From: Nemertoderma westbladi
Lineage: Eukaryota; Animalia; Xenacoelomorpha
Reading direction: 5' to 3'
Assembly: GCA_032718475.1 (NCBI GenBank)
Contig: JAUCBJ010003928.1
Coordinates: 1-56,392 of the forward strand
Length of the DNA stretch: 56,392 nucleotides
Within the stretch, counting starts at the first letter, position 1. Every line of letters begins with the position of its first letter. Both the position numbers and the translations under genes were made by a program. The notes under the pieces are model-generated. The model was not told the DNA's origin and did no database searches. It worked only from the letters and a program-made list of their open reading frames with translations. This document shows, in pieces, positions 34,501-44,990 of this stretch.

Positions 34501-37500
34501 CAACTAAAGCATTCCGCATGTCCCCCTCCCGCCGCTTTATGCGCAGCTGTTTCTTTGTTGTCGTCTGTGTCGTTTGGACTCCATTCATTCTCAAGTAACC
34601 AATGCAAGGTGGTGTTAGCCCCACTTAACGCAGCAATGTGAGTAAGTTTCCTTCCTAAACTATCTCGACAATCTTCTGGGGTTCCTATGTGACAATAATA
34701 TTAATAATAACACACAGATATACAATATAGAATACAAGGGTGGATGGGAAGTACAGCACCAATCAAACCACCCCCCCCCCCCCCCCCCCCCCCTCCCCCG
34801 CCACCCTCCAAATGCCGTGCATCTATGATTCTGTGGCTCAGATGCCATAATTATAGGCATCAATATTCATTCATAATATTATTGTCATTGCAACAAACTT
34901 TGAGTGACTAATAAAAGGTCAACAGTAATAGCAACAATAATAGCCCACTCCATAGCAAATAAATTCTATATTCGCATGAAGAAGCACCGATGAAGCACCC
35001 ATGACTTTGAAACCCGGATAACGGGTTCGACCCCCAATAGGATGGGTTGATATATTTCGTTAAGGAGATCGTCATCATACCACTATTATTCCACACACAT
35101 TTATGTCTTCCGACAAATGTTAGTAACTAACGTCACTAACGTTAGTTTATAGTGATAAATATTATACAATGTGTAATAATTTATTTTTAGGCCTACCATT
35201 TTACTTTTCAGTTTAAGGCTACCGGTACCTTTTTTCAGCAAATATCGCAGACATTTCAGGTGGTCCCTAGAGGCGGCTAGATGTGCCGCCCAGAATCCCT
35301 GTTTATCCAAAGTAAATATACTGCATCCGTGTTTGTGAAGAAACTTTAGAGACGCAAAACTTCCATTTTCTGCCGCTAGATGGAGCGGTGTTTTGCCCGC
35401 CTTATCACGAGTTTCCAAATCACAGTTCTTCTCCAATAACAACCTATAGTATTATATAATTGTTATATGTGTATCTAGGAAACCTATCATCTGGTACTGT
35501 GGGGCGAGCCACGAAGTGAGCGAAGCCTTAGCATATGGGTACCAGTAACGAGATGTCTGTCGTCGTCGTCGTCGTAAATTTTTGATCGCTAATAACTCGA
35601 TTATTTCTTGATGAAATTAAACGAAACTTGGTACGTATGTAGTCCGTCAAAAGTTTAGAAAGAAGACTAGTTAGTTGAAGACTTCTGACTAACGACAGAC
35701 AACTCGTTAATGGTAACCATATGCTAAAGGTTTTGCTCACTTCGTGCTGCGCGAAGGCCCCACGAAATACTTATTTACGAATCCCACAAAAGTACCCCAC
35801 GTGTAAATACTGTATACAGTAAGTAGTCTTGTATTTAAAATATTGATAGATAAATTGAGACTGGTTGGTTCCGGTAGCTTAAAGTCAAATTTATTTTACC
35901 GATATACATTGCAGTATATGATGTGCTACTGCGATACATACAGACATAGGCCTAATAAATAAAACAATTAAGTTTCAAATAACAATGTTAAACGAACTTG
36001 AGGATATGAATATGGTTCTTCTCAGATGCGAAATGAGCACAGGAGCGTCTTCGGAGATCTACTACATTCAAACTTCCGCCATGGGCGAGGAGCAATGCCA
36101 GACAATCTGCCTCACCATGGTAACAGGCGCAATGAACAGCTGTCATTCCTTTGCCGTCTTGCAAATCTATGCTTTGATTCTAATTAATTGATTAATTTAT
36201 TTTGCATATAAGGTATATAAGTAATTACGTATTAACTTTATGACTTATAACCGCGTAATTAACGGTCTCTATTTGGTTTTATAGTTACGGATTGTTTAGC
36301 ATTTGGAGTTAGTGCGGCGCTAACAGCCTACAGAGTTGGAGTTTCGGGTTGCTTCCCGTGTTGTCGCGTTCACCGATAACTGAATGTAACTATTGTATGC
36401 ACGATGTACGATACTAGAGCTTATACTGTATAGTACTGTACAGTACAGTTTTGTCTGACTGTGCGCTGGTTCTTGCATAAATACACCTGAATTGTATTGC
36501 CCCAATCCATACCTTGGATAATAACAGTTTGAGGACATCACAGCGCCCCCCAGCGACTGCTTCATATATAGCGGTTCTCCCAGCCACGGCTGGTACCAAC
36601 GGATCCGATCCCACCGCCAGCAGCTCTGCGACTACCCCGCCTTGTCCGTAACCCGCGGCCCGATGTAGAGGACTTCGGATGTCGCCAACACGAACTAATA
36701 CGGAGAGCGGGTCCCTTCCGCGGAAGTGTTTACGAACCTAACAGATAATAATATGTTCCAGAATAAAGTTTATATCATACTGTAACGGTGTTATAACTTA
36801 TAGCTGGACACATCAATAATTCGCTTCTGTATTTCGTGAGCTGGATCTTTTGTTGTCGCTTTTGTGGTCAATTCATATCTCGTCTCAATTTCAAAATATA
36901 AATTAATGGATAGCAGCAGGTTCATCGATTTATATCTCAATATGTATGTGTATCACCGGCAATTCATGGCGAAATTTAAAACGTATTCGTTATATTTTTA
37001 AAATTGTTATATTTAGTGAGTTAAGTAGTGCTAAATGTAAATTTTTTAACCTCTCGTTCTAGTGAAATAAAATCCGGCCAGGTCAACAGTAAGAGAAGGT
37101 GTACCAAGGAACTCACCCTGTCTAGATCTCCCCGTTCCGCCGCTTCTATTAAATCCAAAACTGATTCGTTGACGGATGTGTTTACCAACAGACTCTTATT
37201 GATTCGCGAAGGTTTACTCCCATCTCCTCTCTTAACCTACAACATAAACAACTTATTTGTGCACGGCGTGTGGTTTCCGTTGTGAGAAATATATGTTGGA
37301 AAATATATTACGTACCTTACAATGAAACCCCTACAAAGAACCAGACGAATAGACAAAGCCACTCAAAATCATTCGGTCAGCCATAAACTTCCCAAGTTAG
37401 TCATCGTTCTCCAGTCGGGTTCTGGTGAAGCCGGCGAACGCAAGTAATTGGCTGGCCACCCCCGCCCCCGGAGTCTTATAGACCATGAGGTGGTCATAGT

Positions 37501-40500
37501 AGTAGCACAAGGTTGTGAACAGGTAGGTTGATGCTCCCGCACATATGGTTTATAATATGGTTTTTATGGATTTTATTACAGAATTAAGCAACAAAACGTA
37601 CCAATTTAAGAATAAAATTAAGTATTAGGCCTGCCTACATGGGAAAAAAACGTAGAACATTTGGTTTTCAATATTATCTTTAACCTTTAACCTTTATTAA
37701 CCTCGCTGATTCTCGGTAAATAAAATGCCTCGAGAATAGTTAAAAATAATTAGTAATTAATTAATTAGCAAAGTAAGAAATAATTAATTATTGCCGGTAC
37801 ATCCCTTTAGTTCATCTCATTTTTTTACTAGCTAATATTTGATAATTTGAGCGATTTTGATAATTTTGAATTTTGATTTTGATAATGATGTAATATTATG
37901 GTTTTTTTGTTCAGAAATGGAAAAAATGAGAAAGCGCGTCACCGGGTGTTGAACCAGCGCTATACGTACGTTTCAGCCTATCAGGCCTCATCAGTAGCGC
38001 TAACCAGTTCAGCCACTTGTACCTGACATTCACTCTCTCACCTAATCCATTTCTATTGAACAGGCAGTCTTAAGTTGCATATCCTATCTCTAACAGTGAA
38101 TCTACCGGCCTCAAGTATGTTAGAATTTTTCCAATTTGTCTAATTCATTTGAAAATAATTGTTGCTTTCTTGAGCAACAAGTGTTCCGCCGTGTTAGGAA
38201 TCTATCAACAAGTTGCAGATACAAGTCAAAATTTTGGTCTTCTTGGAGTTAACAAAAGACCAACTCTAAAAGCAGCCTACTGACCAACACTAAAAGCAGC
38301 CTGCTGACCAACACTAAAAGCAGCCTGCTGACCAACACTAAAAGGAGCTGCTCCAATGAGCAGATGACGGGTTGTTACCAACACCTCATATTTATTAAGA
38401 TGGTCTAAGAACATGCATAGAACATAATCCACCACAATTATCAAATAGAATGGTGCAAGTGTAAGCGTGAAGGAGTTCCTTAGTTCAAATGGATCTGTGT
38501 AACCATCAATGGTAGACAGAAATGTTGATGAGAATTCTTTCAGATATGTGATAGTTGCAATAATTTCCTCAGTAATATGAGCTCCAAACACTCAGGCATT
38601 TTAAAGACATCAGCTCTCAGGTAGGACGCTACACCACTGGCACGAGTGGTTTTGATGCCCTTTACAGCAGTCTTGGATTCAGTAAAGGAGATATTACCAT
38701 GCCTGAACTATAATAATTTACTAATATAATTATAATAAATATACTGCTGCATTACTATTATAATAACTGAGATTCAAATGATTAAAGTATGGTAACTTAA
38801 AAATAAATTAATATGGTTGACAGGTCTATCTACAGGACATCTACAGGTATAAAACCATTCAAGCCTAATATATAATATACAGTACATAGAGGTAACCCAT
38901 TTTCTTAGTATACTTATTCAAGCCATTCAACTCCGTCTCCCGCCCGCGTGTTTAAAATCCTTGAGCTGAGCCCTATGGTACCGGTATCAATCAATCAATC
39001 AAATTATATTTATATAGCGCTAAAAACTTAAATTTAAAATTAGACTCTAAGCGCTTGAAGGAGAACCATACAGCGCTAAGCGCGGTATGGTTCCACAGTT
39101 AGTATTCCCCCAGCAGGTCTTCTACCATTCAGTCTATGGATGACCCGGTTGGTCACGTTGTAAACTTATGCTAACTAGAGTCTTGAGTTCGAGTATCTGT
39201 TGAAGACATCCGAAAACAAAAGCCCAAGACATGATCTGTGTTAAAGGTACCGGAATCACGCCTTCTCTAAGTAAATGTATTCCAGCAGTACTGGAGCCTG
39301 CAGTCGCAGTTGTGCTCTTATTGAGCAATAGTGTCTTCTGATTGTAAGTTATATTGATCTACTGATGGTAAGTAAGTATACACCAGGGGCCGTATTCGTT
39401 AAGGTCATACAGTAGTACCGATCTAAGAGCTAACACTAGCTCCGTGCTCAGTTCTCCGTTTTATCACCGGACTAGGAGGCTGTTAGCTGGTAGTGGGAAT
39501 GAATACCATTCTAACTCGGTGCTACTGCTACATAGCGCTACAACTGCTAAAAATATTTAGCTCCAAACTTTGAAGTTAGTTGGGGTACTAACTTTGCAAC
39601 GCTTCATGAATACCAACCCTTGAAGCTACGCAGTGTTCATAATATGCAAGTCTCACTAAAAAAATTAAGAACAATACAACGTCGTTAGTAACATCTTACA
39701 GCTCAAACCCAGTCCACTTGGCAGACATAAAGGATGCGTCTTTCCGGCAAATGCTCCATGTAGAACTGATTCTACAGTATATGATCTTGGTTTATTATTT
39801 AAATTAATATTTTCTGCCTACCTTGCTTTCATCGTCAATATAAAGGGCATCAACTTCATCTTGTTCCGACGTATCATCCTGCCTAAATGTAGTAAACAGC
39901 TCAACTTTAATCATACAGCTTAACTTTATTACATTCACCTTAGCTTCAATGAACATCCCGCACTACAAAAGAATGTCATTGCATGTTAACAATGCCACAA
40001 AGTTTATATATTTCATGGATAAATTTATTAATATATTTTAGTAATTTATCTTTAAAACACGTAATGTGTGGACGAAAAATAATGTTTGCAATTTTCGGGC
40101 CTGAATTATCAGGTCAAATAATTTTAGATGATTTTAAAGATCTGACATCATGCTACGGAGCCAATGGAATAATTCCACTAAATTACGAGATTTGCGTTGC
40201 GATGCTTAAAAAAATACCTGGAAAAAACACTGATTATTATTAATCTGCGGTACCTCTCTCTGGTTCCAAATGTTTGTGATTTTATTACTATTTACAGTAG
40301 CAGAGGGGTGTTGAAACCATACTCAGTGGGGGTATCTGAAATTGTAACTCAAATTGTACAAAGGTGGGTTTTATTAGAACATATCCAAACACCAAAACTT
40401 TTCACAATTAGTGTTCATGAAAAAGTAATTATCTTTTTGTCACCAATTTTAATTGATCGAAATTCAATTTTTCTGTCCGAGTATAGAGTTGGCAGGTTTT

Positions 40501-41408
40501 TAACACGATCGATACGAGTGCTAAATGCTATCGAGGGCAGAATATCTGAATTTCGGTTACATGAAATTAGTTGTAGAGATAATAATATTGCGCAAAAGCA
40601 CACTGTACGTACACACTACTTCTTGAATTGTTTCCTACAAAAATTAGTGAAAAAAAGTCGATAACTTTTGTACTCATATATGGCATTAACAATGTCTAAT
40701 AAACATTCAAAAAATTATGAATCGCAATATGTATTTTTTATGAATAAACGGTAAGGATTTTTTTAAATTAGCGTAGTAAACGTAAACGTAAACGTAAAAG
40801 TTACAGTAATTACCACAGTTGATAAGTAAAATACCAGAATAAGAAAGTTAAGTACTTCAGATACAGATCAAAAACATTAAAACTATTTCTAACCTAAATG
40901 AATCTTTAGTTTTGGGTGTCCGAGGCGTCACTGGTTTGTCCATATTCACGTGTCCAGGAGACGGACCAACCAGAGCTAAGTTCCTGCGGAACATTCCAGA
41001 ACGAATAGGCAGAGCGAAATCTTCTTCAGGAAAATCCACCTAGTTTAATTATCACAAGTTGTCAAATATGAATAATAAATGACTTATAGAAAGTTGATAA
41101 TAATAAACATTGCTGTCGCCTGCTGACCTTTCTTTAATTTCACTCGACGTCCACTCACTCAATGGGCTGATGTATAGGACAATACTGATGGGACGTGTGA
41201 GCCTAAAAGGATTCCAAATCTTAAATATAGCTTTAAACTAGTCTCAATATATTTCACCTTACCATAGTCTCTATTTATTTTACTTTACCGTATTCTCTAT
41301 ATATTTTACTTTACCATAATAGTCTCTATATATTTCACCTTACCATAGTCACTATGTTACCTATCTGTCACCTTGTTAGCGGATCCATACCGCTGCACGC
41401 GTGGGGAA

Positions 41409-41441
<33 letters not shown>

Positions 41442-42165
41442 TTTACTAATCACCCAAATATCCAATATGGTATAATATGATATTGCATACCGAGGAATAT
41501 GAGGTGATGCAAGGACTGAGGGAAAATGGGGTGACAGAAGGGGAGGGGGGGGGGGGAAACCAACCAATGGGGGGTGGGGGGGGGGGGTATAACGTGTATC
41601 TATGTAGGTAGGGCTGTGTAATAAGTTTCCCCACAGTTTCCATATATCTGTGCTCCAACATTAATTATGTTCAGTTGGCTATTAACTACTGTGGATGTCG
41701 GACGGTTTTCAACCGTCGCCCGTAGTACTTATTGATTGTGCTGTAATCCGTCTACCGGTACTTATATACATATCAGCTATTATTAAGAACGATAAACCAA
41801 TAACTCTTATATTTCACCGGCCTACGGCCTTTCAACCTTGACAGCGGTGACGCGTAAGAAATACGACAAATATTCACCCGGTCGGGATCCCGCGCCAACT
41901 CGGATCCCGTCACACACCTTACCATAGTCTCTATATATTTTACTTTACCATAGTGAGTCTCTATATATTTCACCTTACCATAGTCTCTATATATTTCAGT
42001 TTACCATATTCTCTATTAATTTTACTTTACCAGAGTTTCTTTTTCCATTAGTTTAACTCTTTCATGGTAATTCATCGTCATCTTTCTATCTTTCGTCATT
42101 GCTCTGGCCACAGCTTCGTCTATAGTTGATACAACGCTTCCAGAATTTGCACAAGTTTCCTCCAT
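31550..42165 (-). CDS. Ankyrin-repeat protein gene, 10 coding exons, ~542 aa
   Basis: Exons 42165-42031, 41039-40894, 39882-39822, 37236-37117, 36737-36513, 36179-35998, 35443-35229, 34684-34480, 31998-31824, 31714-31550. All introns GT-AG with compatible phases, 1629 nt in total. Repeats include SPLHRAA, TAVHCAC, TPLHLAA, AAHLAA and TAAHKAA; AATAAA follows the stop. The first three exons are supported only by splice sites and phase. Confidence 0.8.
32068..32170 (+). mobile_element. tRNA-derived SINE head
   Basis: A box TAGCTCAGTTGA, CTGCAAT loop, B box GGTTCAGGCCC, then ACTCAACCTTTCATC..GATAAAATGAGTACCA, resembling a common SINE body motif; no intact cloverleaf. Confidence 0.6.
32248..32600. 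repeat. GC-rich ~11-bp tandem repeat (GGGTCGCCTCC variants)
   Basis: Direct inspection; it generates the overlapping low-complexity ORFs in all frames. Confidence 0.9.
33090..34413. repeat. 39-bp intronic minisatellite, ~34 copies
   Basis: Unit GCAGACTGTAACCCCACCAGCCACCACTTGCTGTGTCAT. Confidence 0.97.
35498..35772 (+). mobile_element. Short interspersed element, DINE-1/HINE-like (related copies at ~32818-33045, ~53874-54100, ~54790-54830)
   Basis: GTGGGGC...GCCCCAC short inverted ends; shared GCGAGC..CTTAGCATA.GGTACCA head, (GTC)n tract, AAACTTGGTAC.TATGTAG core and CGTGCTGCGCGAAGGCCC tail. Confidence 0.5.
37921..38020 (-). ncRNA. tRNA-like Pol III cassette containing a type I minimal hammerhead ribozyme (ribozyme 38001-37956)
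   Basis: Minus strand: TGGCTGAACTGG (A box), TT, AGCGCTA-CTGATGA-GGCCT-GAT-AGGCT-GAAA-C-GTAC-GTA^-TAGCGCT, GGTTCAACACC (B box), ...TTTTTT. Confidence 0.85.
38200..38630 (-). pseudogene. Highly decayed RTE LINE fragment
   Basis: STFLSTIDGYTDPFE...TLAPFYLIIVVDYVL, similar to the 23280 copy. Confidence 0.7.
39385..39620. mobile_element. Possible MITE
   Basis: Imperfect TIRs AGGGGCCGTATTC / GAATACCAACCCT; no ORF. Confidence 0.35.
41374..41914. mobile_element. Solo LTR (541 bp)
   Basis: TG...CA termini; imperfect terminal IR TGTTAGCGGATCC / GGATCCCGTCACA; 5-bp TSD CACCT at 41369-41373 and 41915-41919. Confidence 0.8.
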
Positions 42166-42889
42166 TTTAAATTATAAAATCCAATGAAGATTTCAAGCAA
42201 AGATTCTAAACATATCGAATAGTTTATATTCCCTTAATTTATGTAATAAAGTATCCCATATATGAATAAAGTAAATTATTTAAAGAAAAGCTATATAATT
42301 ACGCACCATCTATCGATTTGTTATGTATAATAAATTTAATACCTTTGTTACGTTTATCTGAATGTACATTCGTTGTGCTTTTAAATTGAAAATAATGAAT
42401 TACCTACAAAAAATTAAGATTAACTAAATTAGACTAGGGCAGGTAGGTGTTAATTAAAATTATACGGAATATTTCAAATTTGGTTAATGGAAATATAGTA
42501 GTAAATTAGAACGAAAAGTATAAACGCTTAGAAACTAAAATTTTGGCAAAGACATCATATTTCGAACATAATAAATAAACACAGGGACTAGGCAACTTAA
42601 TATTTGATATTGCCAAATAGTCTCCAATGCCAAACAAAGTTCCAGCAGTAGTGGAGCTTATTTTAATGTCACGTTTATTTATTCCAACGCCTATCGGCCT
42701 ATCGGCACATTGCACACGCATTACGGGATTACGAGCGGCCTTACGTCCAAACTGCAATTTTACTACAGTATACTGTATATATATAATATATTGTTTCATT
42801 TTATTAGGAATATATATATATATATATATAATTAATTGTACCGGTATAACGGATTGAAAACAACCGTGAGGGTAAGATCCGGTTTGTAA

Positions 42890-43112
42890 ATATAACAACA
42901 ATAATATGCTATAAAGCAAAATAAAAACCAATATCTTACAAAACGAAAATATTTATTTTACAAATTTTCGACTCGACATGAGTCTTATTCAGGTATTTAT
43001 AATAAATACATGAATAAGACTCATGTCGAGTCGAAAATTTGTAAAATAAATATTTTCGTTTTGTAAGATATTGGTTTTTATTTTGCTTTATAGCATATTA
43101 TTGTTGTTATAT
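42890..43112. repeat. 223-bp near-perfect palindrome (one mismatch, centre 43001), possibly Penelope-derived
   Basis: Arms were paired base by base; each arm has TGAATAA-GACTC-ATGTC-GAGTC-GAAA. Confidence 0.9.
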
Positions 43113-43411
43113 ATAAGTTTAAATTAAGTAAAAGAAAGTTATGGAATATGACTGTAGGGTGTGAGATCAAGTTGTTTTAGTATAATAATATTTTAAGAAT
43201 TAAATTATATTTTATAATTAAAATTAATTAATTTTAAAATTTAAAATTTTATTAAATTTGTAGTGATTGATCATATGAGTTGTCACTTTTTGAATTCTTA
43301 AAATATTATTATTATATATATTAATATATATATATATACTAGGTAATCTATGTAGGTATGCAATCTATGTAGGTATGGGTATGCAATCTAGGCAATCTGA
43401 AATTTAAATAA

Positions 43412-44465
43412 CCCACCATAACTTACAGTGGGCACGGTAACTCCTACACAGACGTTATTACTGCCAGGACCTACCATAACTTACAGTGGACACGGTAACT
43501 CCTACACAGACGTTATTACTGACAGGACCTACCATAATTTACCGTGGACACGGTAACTCACAAAGACGTTATTACTGACAGGACCTACCATAATTTACCG
43601 TGGACACGGTAACTCCTACACAGACGTTATTACTGACAGGACCTACCATAATTTACCGTAGACACGGTAACTCCTACACAGACGTTATTACTGAGAGGAC
43701 CTACCATAACTTACCGTGGACACGGTAACTCCGACACAGACGTTATTACTGACAGGACCTACCATAATTTACCGTGGACACGGTAACTCCTACACAGACG
43801 TTATTACTGACAGGACCTACCATAATTTACCGTGGACACGGTAACTCCTACACAGACTTTATTACTGACAGGACCCACCATAATTTACCGTGGACACGGT
43901 AACTCCTACACAGACGTTATTACTGAGAGGACGTACCATAACTTACCGTGGACACGGTAATTCCTACATAGACGTTATTACTGACAGGACCTACCATAAT
44001 TTACCGTGGACACGGTAACTCCTACACAGACGTTATTACTGACAGGACCTACCATAATTTACCGTGGACACGGTAACTCCTACACAGACTTTATTACTGA
44101 CAGGACCCACCATAATTTACCGTGGACACGGTAACTCCTACACAGACGTTATTACTGAGAGGACGTACCATAACTTACCATGGACACGGTAACTCCTACA
44201 TAGACGTTATTACTGACAGGACCTACCATAATTTACCGTGGACACGGTAACTCCTACACAGACGTTATTACTGACAGGACCTACCATAATTTACCGTGGA
44301 CACGGTAACTCCTACACAGACGTTATTACTGACAGGACCCACCATAATTTACCGTGGACACGGTATCTCCAACACAGACGTTATTACTGAGAGGACCTAT
44401 CATAACTTGTAACTTACTGTACCATGGACACGGTAACTCCTACATAGACGTTATTACTGACTACC
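43412..44465. repeat. 58-bp minisatellite with an internal hairpin, ~18 copies
   Basis: Unit GGACCTACCATAATTTACCGTGGACACGGTAACTCCTACACAGACGTTATTACTGACA. Confidence 0.97.
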
Positions 44466-44469
44466 ATAC

Positions 44470-44990
44470 CTCTTCGTGGCTACAAATTTATCCCCCAAGC
44501 AAACCAACTAGGATACTGCATACGTAATATAGCTTCAGTAGCAGCCACCTTTCACAGGAACAACTGGACAGTGCGATGGCTGAACATACGGACACGGACA
44601 CTGAGTTATATGTGGAATGCGATCGCAATACCAATACTGACTTACGGAATGAAGTTCATCATTGGGTCCTTGTCTCAGACCGAGATTTCACAGCTTGATA
44701 TTTTCTACCGCAAGACACTGCGAGGCATTATTCTTCGCTTAGGAACATATGCGAGCAACCCAATAGTATATAACCTGCTCAGCTGCCGCCCCACTACCAT
44801 TTCCGTAATCGGTACAATCATAAGAAGCACAAAATGCCCTAATATTATTCTTCAACCTATCTTGCGAACCGCATGGCCACCAACTTAGCTGCTGGACATA
44901 CCTATGCCGTCCTTGCCAGCTCCTACTCCAAATGCAGTGTACAAGTCGCCAGGCCGGACATCTCTTCCATACTAACCTATACTTACATAC
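44470..44990 (+). pseudogene. Decayed non-LTR retrotransposon, post-RT region
   Basis: W.AIAIPILTYG...LDIFYRK.LR.IL.L...ASN..VY resembles the LINE ORF2 region after the RT core. Confidence 0.55.

Noticed and set aside
39983-40664. 86-aa and 155-aa plus-strand ORFs
   Set aside because: No recognisable motifs; AT-rich, repeat-like intronic sequence.
41128-41202. Extra ankyrin-gene exon
   Set aside because: It has AG/GT ends, but the only open frame is incompatible with the phase-0 flanking exons.
43467-43525. Hammerhead in the 58-bp satellite (CTGA.AGG plus hairpin)
   Set aside because: No CUGANGA and no GAAA after the stem.
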